64,000 nucleotides of DNA from Ptychomitrium polyphyllum (Eukaryota), in NCBI GenBank assembly GCA_973851085.1, contig OZ316775.1, forward strand, positions 14,198,001-14,262,000, in the 5' to 3' direction. Positions 49,001-64,000 of this stretch are shown here, piece by piece (positions within the stretch are counted from its first letter, which is position 1; the number at the start of each line of letters is the position of its first letter). Under the pieces are notes generated by a model. That model was not told the DNA's origin. It saw only the letters and a list, made by a program, of their open reading frames with translations, and searched no databases. The position numbers and the translations under genes were made by a program.

Positions 49001-51384
49001 TACAAGAACAGTTCGAGCCAGCCAAATATGTTGCACCACTGGAGGAGATTGACGCGAAGCTCCCTTGCAAGTAGCGACGTTGATGATCGATCGTCCAAGG
49101 TCACCAAGTTGTGTCGTGAAGGCCAGATCCTCCAAAACCAAAAGGAAAAGAGGTGATGCACTGGGCCCCCACAAACTCCCTCACCCTACGAGTAACGTGT
49201 GCGCTGGTTCTCTACCTCAATCTTCTTCGTCTCTCTCGCTCTCTTTTTCTCTAGACTGGTACTACTTTCCAGGTGCTCCAGTCGGTCCCAGTTGCAAAGA
49301 TTCCAGGACGTGCTATTGGTCACACCCGGAAGAGGGCAGCTCCGCTAAGATTATTGTAACTACTACTAGGTGCCAGTACCCCTCCTATGAGTTGTAGTAG
49401 TTCCTGCGAAGTTCGAGTTCCAGGCGTGCCTACACTACTATTACCACTCAATGTCATGGTCTACGTCACAGGACGACTAGGTATCTCTATTAACTTCTCT
49501 TCGTCTCTTGTTCGACACCTATAACTGTTCAGTGCTAGCTGCTGCTGCTGGGCCGTCACTCGGCTTTTCAATTCACCTTCGGGACACTTTATAACCAACA
49601 GCACTACATACCTTGCTCAAAGCAACTCATCTTCTTCAAAGCAACCTTCCATTGCTGTACGTCGTCTCTAGCTCCCACTCGATTGGTACTACTGCCTGAA
49701 TATTCTTACAGCCTGTCCTGAATTAGCTTGTTTTCTCTTCCAGGTATTACGCGAAATTACTCGAACTCTTCCGTAATATCTAATCCGCAGAAGAAATTAA
49801 TTAGTTGATCGATCTCTCTGTTGAATTATGTGTTTCTGAAAAATAAATTAACCAGTTCAATCCAAAGCCCTTTGTAAAGTTGTCCTTTTCATGGCTAACA
49901 GTTATTTAACCCAAACTTATGCATGGGAGTAACTTGATCCAACATTTACTTAACTCAAGCTGAATCACCTAACAAACGCAAGAAGTTATCCAGCCTACAT
50001 CAATCCAAGCTGAGATCAAGAGTACGTCTGGAAGACGCCATATTATTGATTATCAACCAAGTCAAACATCACTCTGCATTCACAGTTTTGGAGCACAGGT
50101 TCAGATGCTAATTCCTAAACGCTTTTGAGCTGGATGATTTAGAAGAAGTCTGTGTCCGTACTTCATGACCTTAGGCTGCTAGCTAAAATTGCAAGCACCT
50201 GAGAGGTGAAGCTGAGTTCCATTTAGTATTCTAAAGCATTATCCTCGGATTGGAAATTTCTTTAATCTAAACTTTCAAACATCCAAGCTTTCAACTATCC
50301 CAGTGAACATACATTACACGCACTGTGAGTTCACAGCTAGGATAGCTGAAGCCTGAACACGGGTCTGAATACCACACTTGCAAATTTTTAAAAAAAATAG
50401 TGTACAGAATCGAGATCAAACTTGAACAATCTGGGAAGTGTATGTATGTTCAGAGCGCTTACTATTGTAGGGTACGTTTGAAGTAACTGATAGATTTACT
50501 ACTGTTGTTTGATTTGCTGAGTCATTGTCAATCAAGCAACCAAATAATTGATTAAAACTCTGAGGTATAGGACTCAAATGTTTTGTCTAGGACTGATTGT
50601 TTAGAGGTTAGTTGCACGGGGCTTATTTCAAGACTGTACGTACTTGTTTTTTAAATTTCAAGTACCGCTGAATGTATGATCTATGCACTTTACTTTGCTG
50701 GGCATGGCCAAGTGCATAAGTTATATGCGTCATCCCTCAATTCAGAGAAGAGAAGGTTGAGGTATGAATTACTGGAGCTAACTTAGTATGCACCTACTGC
50801 ATTAATTAAAGACTGGAAAGACATGCAAGTCACAATCGCGCCGGCCTTCAATTATCTAGCGTACTCACTTATTGCCAGTCTATCTCCTAGGTTGACCAGT
50901 TCACATTGTTGGGGACTTTCTATCTGAGTTTCTGGCATCCAACTCAGCCTGTGCTCAGACTTTTCTGCAGTCGTTTTTGCAGTTAGACCTGCAGTTACTA
51001 AGTTACAGGAGTCACGATAGTATGCAAATCATGCACAAGTGAGCCTAGCCTCTAAGTTAGTCTTTGAGTAATAACTTAACTTATGCCAATGGTCCAGCTT
51101 TACTGCACTCTTCCTGCTTCTACAGATCATTATTTACAAAGTTAACTCATTCAGCCAAACGATTGAGAGCTACCATTCATAGCAGCAATGTGCCTGTTTT
51201 ATGATGAAGGCCCAGCATAATCTGTAGGCTTTCTAGTGAACATTTGTAAAACTACTAGGTTTGTTTGTTAGAGAGACTACTATCGAGCCTTTACATGCAG
51301 GTAGGCTGCAAATATGACGCATTAGACAAGAATTAAACAACTTGTGACGGATATGACAGACATATCAAGGGACATGGCAAACAT

Positions 51385-53830
51385 GATAAATGTTTTTTTA
51401 ATTATTCTAGAATATTCTTGAATACTCTAATATATTCGAATACGTTTCAAACTTCTATGAATACATCAAGAATGTGTTAACTTGATGTGACAAGAGTTTT
51501 ATGTGATGGTTAGTTTGGTCATGACAAACATTCAACTTTGAGTCTGAAAATCTTGCTCATTGATATGCTCTTTCCAATATTGGAAGAGAAAGAGTACATA
51601 TATGGAATTCTTTAGCAATTGGATTAAAGTATAAATGAAGATTTTATACCCTTTTTTAGAATTAAAGAAACCAAAAATTCTAATATTTTTAAAGTGCATA
51701 TTTTTCAATTCTCTCATGTACTATCTAAAGCAATATTTGAAGCGCAACAGTGTTAAATAAAGATGGAAAAAAGATGTGGTATCCAAATACAATAAATATT
51801 CTATTTTCTTTTGCTGGTATGCTAATATGATGCATTAGTGTATTTACTAATGATTGCATTTACTAATAATGCAAATCATTCCAACCTTAATTTTGATACA
51901 GATTTATCATTTTTTAATTTTAATTAATTTATCAATGTAGTGGAAAATTGGTTAGCAAAATTAACCTCAATTTTGTTAAATTACTGACTTTTAGAGCCCT
52001 TTACATTTATTCCAATTTTTCATAAGATTTTTATTTTTCTTCTCTTTTCTCCAAACTATCCCCATTTATCCATATACTAAGAACCTTGGTAAGTTGATAT
52101 ACTATGATGTTCATTTGATAAGATCAAAAAGAATATGAAATTGTATGAATTTTGAAGTGAAAGGATTTAAAAGCCCATTAATTTTATGTGGCTTAAATTT
52201 AATAAATATTGCTAAATATGTATTATTATATTAATCCTATAATATATGCTAAAAGGAAAACAAAGGCATTAATAAGTAAATCATAGATACTAATGATTAC
52301 AATGTCCATGTTATATTTGTACTTTTCATACATACATATTAGCCTTTGTACTATTTGCACCTTACTTTTGTATTTCTATAATTTTTTTATTTTCTAAATA
52401 TATATTTATTTGTTTTTCTTAAATGAGTGTGTGGGCAATATCTTGTATGCACCAATTTTTAATATCTTACAGTCTCAAAGTATATAAAATTTTCACTTTA
52501 AAATATATAAAATTTCTTTTGAATTAATTAAATGAGTAAATAAAAATTTGATCTCTTTACTATAATTGAATAGCTTAAAATATCACTTCTTATAGATAAT
52601 ATAATATAATTGAAATCATATATGAATAAAACAATACAATACATATTTAATTTTACAAAATTAAACAACCATTTATGTAATAAACATTTATATTAAAGTG
52701 ATATAAAATTATATTATTGATGTTAAGAAATAAACAAAAGATATAGTTTATTTTATTTTTAATTCATGATTTTTTGTCTTATTACTTATAAACATTTGAA
52801 TTTACTTATGCCTACCAAAAAATTGATTGAAATTTTGAATCTATTATGTTGTATTCTTAATTTTTTAAATTTTTTTGGAAGAAAAAAATTATAAATTATG
52901 TATTGACATTCATATGATTTGAAACTATCATTCTTACATCAAAACATATAAAAGAAATCAAAGGCATTAACAAAGCTCCAACATCTTTAATACACATACA
53001 ATTAGAATTTTGTTAATTAGGATTGCTAATGATTTTGAATTAATTAAAAAATAATTGATATTAGTACAAACAAAGGGTGTGTAGATTGAGGCCCATATGC
53101 ATCAAGTCTTTTATAAAAATTGAATTAATTGTGAATTTTTTTAATTAAACACTAAAATCTTTGGCAAAATTTGGCAAATACATGAAATTTTGTTTAACAA
53201 TATTATTTATCAAATTTTTACAAATTCCTAAAAAAGATGGTTTTTAAACTTGTTTGATAAGAAGTTCAATGGAATAGTAGATAAAAGTCTATTTTGTCTT
53301 TCTTAAAGATTATGATAGTTTGTTAGTAGTTTTTTAAATTCTTTTCTTGCTTATGAATTTTAGAACTTAATCCAAAATTTTCACATTATTATATAAATTT
53401 TTCTAAAAACATTGAATTAAGTCCTATAATTATATAACAACATTTTATTTCATTATATGCCATTTAAACTTAATAGAGATTATTGGACAATTAAAATGTT
53501 GTATTGTAATATGCTTTCTTTTAAAAATATATATCTTTATAAATTTGGAATATGGAGTTATACTTCATAATTGGCAAAACAAAATATACTCAATTTCAAC
53601 CAAAAATACAAAGATTAAACAAATAATTTTTTCTGTATACTTGTTATCTTAAAAAACAAAAAACTTATTAGCCTTGAAAAGAAAATATTAAATAAATATA
53701 AGAATTTCCTTCTCTAAATAACCCACTATTTTTATAAATTGCATAAATTGCATAAAAGAAACTTGTAAGGAATTCAGTAACTTGTAGTACTAATAAATTC
53801 TGAAAGACGCATGCAATCAAAGACAAGCAA
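51385..53830. mobile_element. Very AT-rich block, probable decayed transposon relic
   Basis: Abrupt compositional shift, nearly CpG-free, no recognisable ORF; begins with degenerate TTCTAGAATATTC-like repeats (~51403-51470). No transposase or RT motif recognisable. Confidence 0.35.
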
Positions 53831-56800
53831 ATATTAGGAGCAATAGATACAAATACATTCTAAGGAGTAGGACACAAATGACAACTGTTTGGACACAAGT
53901 GTGTTTATGAATGAGCACATTTATTGAAAACATAGCTTATCAAATTACTGCGTGAACCCCTATCTTGTGTGTGTCCCATGATACTACTATGCACTTTTTG
54001 ACAACACTGCAGTAAACATGCACGTCATACTTCTTCATACCATATCATTATTTGATAATGGCTTTGGAGTAAGTATGACATAGTATTTCTTGAATATTAT
54101 TTCAAAAATTTACACAAACTTGTCCACCAAATAATTCAAAACCAGCCCATCCATCCCATAGAAACCACAAGATTTCAGCCAAGTCTACTACATATAGGCA
54201 GCCTTGACTCTTGAGCACCTCTTGTTGTACTACCATAGCCATAGATCAAATTATGAAAATCTCACAACATGGCATAATTACATGGATTTCGAAATCCAGT
54301 TACTCCACTTTGGAAGCAAATGGTTTAAAAGCAATGCAGTTTCTACATTACAACCAGCCTGTATACTTATGTGACATGAATAAGTTATGTCATGTCATTT
54401 ATGCCATTTAGTCAGGTTTTCTTGATGGAAGATGATTATCAGCTTGTTCAGGAAATTCATAATATGAAAATGATGTGTACCTAAACCCAGGGCAGGTGAT
54501 GCTTTTCTCCAGCAAGTACTACTATGTCCAGGCAAAACGTCAATATCATTTCGGTGCACTGCACTTGGCAAGTGTGCCAGCAAGGGAGTCCACTTGAAAA
54601 GATTCTGCCAAGCTCGATGATTCAATCAAGTGACTACTACCCTAACCTACACAGTGGGTTTTATAAAACTTTGCTCAGAATTGTAAGTAGTAAGTTATTT
54701 GCACAAACTGCAGGAGAAAAACCAAACTTAAATTGGTGTGCTATTACCGATTTTCATAATAAAATCACTGTATGAATACTTGGCGGCACGGTATGGACAC
54801 AAACATTACTCACTTATCTCTCATTCAGAAACAATACTTGAAAGTGCAAAATCATATTAAATAATTGTTGGCCAATTTGATTCCAGATATGAAGTCTGTC
54901 TGTTGTAAATCAGGATGCCGTAGTTAGCCTGTTAGGGGTTTATAGTGACCATCTGTCACAGGCTACAATCTTTTCAGAGTCTGTTCTGTACACAGGGGAC
55001 GATTTGCTGTGCACAACTGTACACAACCATAGAAGAAACTACCAGCAAGGGCATGCCATCCCTTTCCCTTCTGTCCTCTCATATCCTCTCATCTTGTGAT
55101 GAATTGAGACCAGTTTGTGAGAGTTTTGGTTCTAGGCTAATTGCCAACCCCACCTCCTCAGTACCAAGTGCTCACTACACTCTAACTTATGAGGAGCACA
55201 CACGGTGTACCATAGCACAGGAGGCAGCAAGTGCCCTTTCCTTTGCTCTCATATTGCTACGGAAGGTATAATTGTTAATGTGGAACCTTGAAGGACGGCT
55301 TGAATGCAGCCATGTACAAACTGGGTAAAACGTTGGAATCTAAGTGTAAATTATCATCATACTTAAACTGTTCTAACCTCTGCTACTGGGGCCCATGCTG
55401 CTGAAAGGACCCCTTACAATTCAGTTAAAATTTACTCCTATTTATTTGGAGTCTGGACTATGGTATGGCATTACAGTTGCAGGTGAATTACTTGACCTGA
55501 TACCTGGTATTCACTATTGAAAGTTTGTGAGGAGAGGACAGTGGGTGGTTATTATTTACTAGATGATAAATTCCAGTCAAAAATTGGTCAGACAGGGGGC
55601 TCAAAGGTCCTGACAAACATCCCCATCTAGAGTAACAGCCATTAGCAGAGCAGGCACATCATTCAGAAGTTTCAGAATGCTGGTCATGCTGATCTTATAA
55701 AGTTACAGTAGGTTGGAAATGCACCTGCATAAAGACTCATATTTCCAACACTTCGAAGGCCTACACTAGGACTGTTCATTGTTTCACATTGGAGGCAAAT
55801 CCTGTAGCAATGTCATGACATTACAACATTATGACAAATTGTGAAATTATCTTTGCATTGCAATGACAACCTAAAAATGTCTTACTATAAACACAAATTT
55901 AAGTTCACCTAATTGATAACATGTCTGAGGTGGATAACACCTTTGAGAATCAAAAGCAATAATAGAAACAGGTAATAAGAGCAGATCACCTGAAGGCAAT
56001 TAAGTTGTTTTTATTTTCATCCCATAATGTATGAATACTACTCGCATTGATAGAGTGTTTACCAAGAACCATGTCATGACCAAGCTTAGAAGAGCCTATA
56101 TCCAGGACAACAACCTACTATTATTAATATTGTGAATAAAAAAATAAAATCTCATACTTCATGGAGCCCGCCATAACATATTTCCATAGGAAATCTATTT
56201 TAAAAGTTAGAAAGAAATTGCATACAATTTGTGAATTGGTAGATTAAAGCAGCAATTTTTAAATTTTATAGCTAAGTATGGTAAGTGTCATTTTCTATAT
56301 TAGTTTATCTTGTCAATGAAATCTATCTCTAATACATGTCATATTTTTTGCTATCTCTAATAGAATTAACTTGTTGTTTGTATTTCCTCTCAAAATTTGT
56401 TAAAGTTTTCAATTGTATGTAATTTCACAAATTTACACAGATTCTCTTAATCAACGCAACATTGTCTTAGAGTTGAATGGAATCAAGTATATTTTTTTTC
56501 CTATACTTCTTTGTCCCAAGCCTCATTCAATTTAGTTTCTGTCTACCATAGCCTCCATCTATCTCATGTAGTTGTCCACCTCAACCTTCTCCAATACAAA
56601 TCATCATTTGCTCCACACCTAATCACTTGTAGTATTTGTCTACCTTACATTTTTGTTTACCTTATCCACCTATTTATATCTAAGGTCCTTTGTTCCATGT
56701 CCACTTCCATCTACCTATCATTTATGCTTGCCAAGTGCCTCAACATGATCCTTCCGTTCACTCCACTCTATCATCTATCTCCACACGTAAAGAATTTTGT

Positions 56801-59249
56801 AGGCATATTGAAATTCTATCAAAATTTTCCAAGTTTTGCAAGTTCAATTTGAAATTATGATAACTGTGTGGAGCCCCACATGATTCTTGGGGGCTACAAC
56901 TTATGCACAATGGCAAGGCAAGTAACTTGTATTCACTTCCTCTGTGGTCAACCCTACATCAATCCTATGTAGAGCATATCATGTAGTGATGGGTTTGTCA
57001 CATTGCATTGCATTGGAATGTCACATCAATATCAGGATGTCACAGTGAACAATCCACACTGAGATAATTCAGCTTTGTTGTTACACTATCACAATGGCAA
57101 CCTTGCAGTAGTGCAAGTAGTGATAATTTGCAAATGGATCCCAGGTGCATTGTTTAACAGGACTTACACTTTCTGAAGACAAGAAGAAGCGTGACCTAAT
57201 GAGTAATACTGTATATTGCTGTTCAGAAGTTTGTTACTACAGGGTAGCCCTATTGATTGAGAAGTCTTGAATTCTGTGAAGGGTCACTATTGTCCTGCCT
57301 AAGTATATGTTTACCTGAGGTGGCCTGGAGAGTTGTAGAGCATGTAGACAATGTAGTTTTTTGAACATAATTGGATGAGAATTGTGTCATGGCTTTTGAT
57401 AGTGTAGCTGTACGCTCCTTCACTCATTGTGGCCAGATTGTGTAATTGTACATCACCACATCTGCATATTTCATATCAGAGCACAAACAAATCAGCCTGC
57501 TCCTATGTTTAATTGTTGGAAATGCATCAGTGTTGAATTTAAATGTCTTTGTGTTTGAGTTTCAAGTAAACACAGCAGTGTGTAATGAATTACTGACAAA
57601 GTGCTGATTCTACCACTTGTGGTCACTGGGAATCAAGCTCCTTGTTTCTTTGGCATTAACATTTGGAGCAATGTGAGTTGCTCAAGTTGCATTGAACTTC
57701 TAATGTAGCTCATTATAACTGCTCAAACTATGTCAGTAGTCCACAAGCTTAGAGACAGGGATCACTTGAAGAAAATGGTTTAACAAAACCATCTACAATT
57801 CATGCCCTACTATGCACTGCTTCCTTGATATTTTTGGAGCCCATTTAACTTGGTACAAAAGATTTGCTCCTCAGAATAGTTTCCAAAATCTACAAATTTC
57901 AAAGTGTTTTGAAAAATCAGAGTGCCGTAGCGTTCCCAGGTAATGAAATCATCCCTATATTGCATTAAAGACTGAATTTGTGTGTTAAGGCTTGCAGCTT
58001 GGTCAGCTAAGAAAAAACCAGAAAATTGAATAAATAGGAAATAGGAAAAAGACCATCAGTAAATCACAAGATTTGTTTTGGCACAAGGTAACTACAAAGA
58101 CTGATAGGTTATAGTTATATATGGTAGTACTAAATAAAACATCATGAATCATTTTTACAAAGAGGGTCACTTGGTATGGATAATGGGACTGGTTGAGAGT
58201 AAATTGTGTGAATGATGATGATGATGGAAGAAGTCACAGGTAGTTGGCTGGTTGAGGATGTTGCCACACCATAGAGAGTAGTAAGATGTACTTAGCCTCA
58301 TGCGTAATTCATCTATTCATGCAGCATAAGTTAAGTGCAAAGCACACTTCAAATGTAGAAAACTATCATAGAAGTAGTATGATGTTTGCCTTCCTCTGTG
58401 ATTTGCACTGAAAGTGAGCCAGAATTTGATGTGAAGGGACCACAGCATTGCATTTAGAGTTGCAATACCCAGGTTGTCACTGCCCTTGATTGTAAATGCT
58501 TGATGTCTACCATAGAAATCCTCATCAAATTATGGAGCACACTAAACTTGTTTCAACCTGATTTCACTGCCTCGTTTGCAGTCCATATCTACCTGTAATT
58601 TGTTTACTTCACTTTGTTGGCTGCCTAATTGAGAGGGGTACATAGTTAGTTTTAGAAGTTTTCCCCAGCTGAGTCAAAATTATGTAGGTGAAGCTGCAAT
58701 CTGTAACTCATTCTGGGTTTCATATCAACTTTCAAATGAACAGGCTCTGTATTAGGTATAGAGTTGTACTCAGCTGCAGAATTGTGATACCGGGCCCTTG
58801 AATGCTTGACAAAGCAACATTCATTTGGTTCAACAAGGATCTTCTGGTCTACCTAATCAATTGTAGAAGCAGGATTTTCTTTTAATCTAGCAAGAGGAGT
58901 CTGATCAGGGGATCAGGAGTCATTGTCTAGAGAATAGTAACGTGGTGGAATAGTTGACTAAGAAATACCAGTGGGGGACTGGTGGGGAGTATCCATCAGG
59001 GTGGCCTTGACTCTTACGCCTTCTTGCTTAGTTTGCGGTAGACCTCCTAACCCCCTTGAAGTACTCTGATGCGACCACAACCTTAATCATTTGCTCCTCT
59101 CAACAGACGTACCACACTATCTTGCCACATGTCTGCATAGTATTTGCTACAAATGCAAATATTCTGCAAATTTTAAACTACAATAGAGGGTAATAGTTTG
59201 ATGCATAATAATTAATTGATTGATTGATTGCCTGGATTTAATGACATAT

Positions 59250-59279
59250 TCTGCTTTCATCTGCTTTCATCTGCTTTCA
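59250..59279 (+). repeat. (TCTGCTTTCA)x3 short tandem repeat
   Basis: Three 10-bp units seen directly; (ATTG)n run at ~59215-59230. Confidence 0.85.
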
Positions 59280-62200
59280 GAATACCTTATTTTGCAGGAT
59301 CAATTTATACAAGCTCAGTCTGGTTATTTAGAACTACTGTCCTTGGAATACAGTGCATTCAGGTTAACTGAAGTAATGGCACAATTTCTGTAGACATTGT
59401 TGTAAAAGCTTCTATCATTATAAGATCTGCTTGAGAGCTTCAAAAGTTTTATTTGGTTTCATTCATTATATTTCACTTTTTTTCCAATGTTATGGCACAG
59501 CATGATCAAAGGCAGCCACAGGGTTTTCCAGCCCAGATCCTGCAGATTAATGTTCACTGTTTCTCTACATGATGAGGTTAGCAGATCATGCAAAAGGCAC
59601 TGCAACTTGTTGAACTTGGTCTGCTGATTTGCTGTATCATTGGCTTGTTATCATGCTGTTGATAGTCAACCACTAGACTCACCTTGCACTTGGTAAGCAC
59701 TTCAACTTTATGCTAACTTGGTAAGGGTAAATGCAATAGAAACACTGCTATGTTGCTAATTACATCAAAAACTTTAACTTCAAATTCAAGTTGGCATGTG
59801 TTTTCATGAACCCTTGTCATATGATTAGTTCATAGCTATACATGATGGATAGATTAGTCTAAATGATGTCACTTTTGGACCCTCACAAGAGCAAAATGTT
59901 TTCAAATGATGCCTACTCAATGCCAGAGTATTAAAATTCAGAACTGATGAACAGAATGCAGCAACATTCATACAAGGAGCACAATGCTGGATGTTGTTCA
60001 CTGGTGTAAAAATTATTCATTTACCCTGTTATTTTGAAATTTCGTAGATATTTTCACAGGCTTGTTTGATTTAAACAGTATGCTTCTGGTTGAGTCAGAT
60101 GGTAGGGACCAGGTAACCCCTTGACAGAACTCGAAAGCAGACTGCCAGCTCATCAGAGACATACGTACATCAGCAGCACAGCCAACCGGGCTACCATCAT
60201 GCAGAATGACTCCCATGTAAACATGGCCTGTGATCTAGACAGAAATATGCAAGAAGAGAAGGAGCTGTGTGAGGACCACCTTGACAGAAGTATTGCCCCA
60301 CAAATGGACTCAGGACTCAGCAGCCATCACCATCATCTTCTTCCTCATGTTCAATGAACTAATATTATATTTTGCAGCAGTAAGCACTTCTTAGGGTACT
60401 GGCCATAGAGTCCAACAATTCAGATTCATGGGATTAAATAACTCCAAGCACAGAAATATTCAACTTTAACAAGGGAGGGCACTAAAACGAATAACCAGAT
60501 GTTTCATTCCGCTCTCGCAAGAGTAGAATCACCACTTACTCACATGGTAGACCGTCCACTTCACGCTTTGCTTGGTGAGCACAGCTCCAAAGAAACTGCT
60601 TTGGAATTTCTCACGATGTGACCTGGTGACCAACTTAGAGCCGTGACCATGTGGAGATGTGAGCATTGCCCTTTGTGTCAAGGCCCTGAGCCATGTGCAG
60701 CGGAAATAGTGCACAAATCCGAAGATAAAAATTCAAGCTCACTGTGGATGTCAAAGTCGAGGTTCACTGAAGAAAAGAATGTTCGAGCATGATTCCAAGG
60801 TGCTGGAGCTTCAATGGTGCTATGATCATGACGGTCGACAGGTTCTTTCTCAAATGGCGAGTAGTTTGACGAATTCATCTGCCACTGTTGCTTTCACCAT
60901 TCTTGCACATCCACGTTGTTTTTAGAAAGGTTTGTCTTGCAGGGGAAGAAGAGGATCTGCCATGTGGGTGCAGTGGCTTAAGTTGTGGGTACTTTTGATC
61001 GACATGGTAGGACTGAGTGTTTGGAAGCTGTCATTCTGTTGTTTTGTAACCTCACTGTGCCGGAAATGATTGCGTCCTGTGCAATGTCCTTACTGTTTCT
61101 TCTGTGCTTGGATGTGGAGAAGCCGTGATATGTATTATCTACGACCACAGAACCTTGAGGGACTATTTCGAGGTTTTGGAAGTCTCTTGAGTATGAATGG
61201 ACGGTCTTGGTGTATGAATAAGCATGTGCAGAATTCTTCCTGCAGACCAGGTGCTTAAGAATTAGGGTTTGAGATTTTGTTCAATTGCATCTCTGGCTTT
61301 GCTTCGATAAGTACTCTTATGAAATAGGCCATCTCTGATGCAAATGTGTTGATTAGCTAGACGGCAGTATGTGGATCTACATCGACTGGCAATTAGGGTT
61401 TTGGTTTTGCAAGTTCACTGCCTTGTTTGCATAACATAGCCATTTTGGACACGGCCATTTTACAGTCTATCCACTACTCTGCTATGTTTGCTCTACACAT
61501 CTTCAAATTTGGAAGGATTTATCCTCGCATGCTGCATTTTTCTTAAGCATGTATGAATCGAGACTTCTCGATCTGTAATCATTTGACTTTAGGTTTATGT
61601 CGGGGTCAGCGTCAGGCTCATGGCGTGCTCGGTAAAATTTTACTGGGGGTGCCAGTGGAGGAGCAGTTGGAGGATCGCGTATGATACGGTCCCTGAAAAG
61701 ATACCTGTTAAACATTCCCACAAGAAATCGGGGAGTAAAGGGGATGAATCGCGGAGAAAAGATAATGGCATGTCTGACGTTTTGACACGACACTGCGACA
61801 GATGAGGCCGCAGTTGTTGATCAGTCCTCCAACACAACGAACTGTGTAAGATCCTCGACTCAACCCTATCAGCCATGCCTTAGTTGCTGTTCGAGTCCTC
61901 ATAATCATTCATGATGAATCTGTTAGCTTCCAGGCACTGTTCTTTGATTTTTCCTACCTAGGCACATTTGTCCTCGTGCCTGTTGGCTGCCCGCACCACG
62001 TCCCGTTGCAGAACACCATCACCTTCTTCGGCTTGTGATGAAGTGTGTCGCCATTTGATTCTCTTTTTGCTTTAAGTTCTTTTTTGTGCGAAGCTGAATC
62101 TCTCATCTATAGTGAACAAGAACCTGTACTCCAAACTTTACCGGCCCTACCAGATCCTACACTGTTGAGAACGACTGTTCCATCAATGGTAACAAGTGTC

Positions 62201-63053
62201 CATCTCTCTAAAGCACCTGAAGTGCTGAATGCGCTTATAGATAAGTTCCGTTTCTTTAGTTTCACTCGAATGTTGAAACATTGATACTCAAATAATACCC
62301 TTGGGCATTATTGAATTTACTTCCGTGAGTGCTCTTGGTCTTTCGGTGTTTCGACAAAAAGCTCCCAGACTACTTTGACAGGGAGGAGTATTCACCTAGA
62401 GACCCTTGGTAAGCCAGAGTTTCCAGATAGTATTTACCAGATACCGAGTCGATTACAGACGGACAAAAGTTAGCTCCATGTGACATAAGTTAAGGGGGTG
62501 AACATCGAATATCTTGTCTCCTAGACATTTCTAACATACGGCTTGGTCTATGTAAAAAAGAGGAAAGATGCGATTCTCGCACCTGAATTATGTTGGATAC
62601 TTGAGTCGAGGAAGAATTACAAGACCGTTACCACGAGCCTTCTAAAAATCGAAAGTTCCCTGTATGTCCCACTTTCAAGAGCCGTCTTGTTGAATGCATC
62701 TGGAGAGAATGCAGAGCTCCATTGAATTAAGATGATCACAGGATGAGAAGAAAGAGATGGCGATCAGCAACGGCACAGAGACGTCATGAAGAGAAAATGA
62801 AGTCCAACTCTTGAATGATGACAATCGACGGTTTAAACTTCCTCAGCTAAAAGCATTACGAGCAGAGAGGGCTAGATAATTATAGGCATTGGAGCAACAA
62901 GGAACTTAAGAGCATACGCAAGAGCATACCCCTAACGATGTCCTCTTGTATGATACATAATCTGATATTCTCTGGTCCATGACACTGAACCAAGATCTAG
63001 CCAAGATATGAGGAACCAATAACATGTACAGTTTGTAATGAAGAAGGATCCTT

Positions 63054-63102
63054 GCACATCTGTTAAACTAGAGTCGCACATCTGTTAAACTAGAGTCGCA
63101 CA
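63054..63102 (+). repeat. 22-bp tandem duplication
   Basis: GCACATCTGTTAAACTAGAGTC x2 followed by GCACA, a microhomology-bounded slippage duplication. Confidence 0.9.
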
Positions 63103-64000
63103 CTGAGCACTATTCTGCATGTCTCTTGGATCGAACGAAGCGAATCACGGAAGAATCTGAGAAGAGTATATGCAACTGGATGGGCAACACAATGCAGTCA
63201 GAGCGTCTAGAACTTGAGAGATGCTCTACCTGGGCCTATTGAATACCATTCTGTACTGCAGAAGCCTGCTCCACAGCAGCCCAATTGATGCCACGAAACA
63301 CCGGAAAACAGAAAAAAAAAATTAAAAATTAAAAATAAAATAAAAAAAGTGGCAATGAAAGTCAATTGATTTAATTGTTGGAACTGTACTGTACATAATA
63401 GTGAAGGACATGCATGCTAGGAGAGTGTTGACATGACACATTCTTGTAGACACTTGAATAAGAGGACATGCTTGTAGACGTTTTTGATGTTCATGCAAAG
63501 TTTGTACATAGGAAGTATTTTACATTTTAAAATGTCATAAATGTTGTACCTTATAAGAGAAGGTAAATTATTATGTATGTGAAAGAAAAATTATCTTGAA
63601 TTATTGATTCAATAACATTTGTGATATAGCCAATTGACAACTTTAGTTTTGAACTTGTTGCAAAGATTTGGCAAAGTAGATAATAGTATAATAATAGACC
63701 TATAATATACCATAAAGAATAATCATTGTAATCATTTGCAAACTACAAAGTTGCATAATGATAATCCTACTAACTGCTACTATGATGTAATGCATGCAAA
63801 CCATTGCTAACTATAGCCATTCATAGCATGCTAAATGCTTTAGAATTCATGCTATATGGAGAAATATTTAAAATAGAAGAAGAAACTTATATTAAGAAAC
63901 TAAAATAAAAAGGCAAGAGTGCTAGGTTTTGTGAAGTATGTAATTCTATTATTGCCTTATTTCTATAACTAATAGCAATAAAAAAACTAATAACCACTAA

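Noticed and set aside
51373..51531. CATGGCAAACAT / CATGACAAACAT as a target-site duplication
   Set aside because: One mismatch, AT-rich, and no terminal inverted repeats between them; could be chance.
56511..56852. 113-aa plus-strand ORF
   Set aside because: TTG start, pyrimidine-skewed composition and no motif; likely decayed repeat.
59568..59641. G-U-rich hairpin (GGTTAGCAGATCA/TGGTCTGCTGATT) with ATGATGA and CTGA
   Set aside because: The stem is too short and wobble-rich for a pre-miRNA, and it sequesters the D box; expected by chance in 64 kb.
60121..62284. Several 60-96 aa ORFs in the moderate-GC block
   Set aside because: No recognisable domains, and I could not join them into a consistent spliced model.

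Overview
Eukaryotic nuclear DNA from a land plant, most consistent with a moss (inferred from the protein sequences and gene architecture; species not identifiable here). Seven intact spliced genes were reconstructed exon by exon with GT-AG introns: VPS16/VCL1 (-), prenyltransferase alpha subunit FTA (+), ARP4 (+), a clade C PP2C (+), plastid-type uracil phosphoribosyltransferase (+), a two-domain SAM methyltransferase (+) and a clade II bHLH (-). There are also two clear pseudogenes, an Arc1p-like tRNA-binding cofactor and adenylosuccinate synthetase (ADSS), each head-to-head with an intact gene, plus a decayed PPR fragment. The last ~18 kb has no recognisable gene and includes AT-rich, probably TE-derived sequence. 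Most notable: intron 1 of the dead ADSS gene holds two apparently intact tandem box C/D snoRNAs, with structure-preserving differences between copies and a shared guide that may pair with 5.8S rRNA, suggesting a pseudogene turned snoRNA host. Also notable are a ~180-nt pre-miRNA-like foldback downstream of ARP4 and two uORFs in frame with the PP2C.
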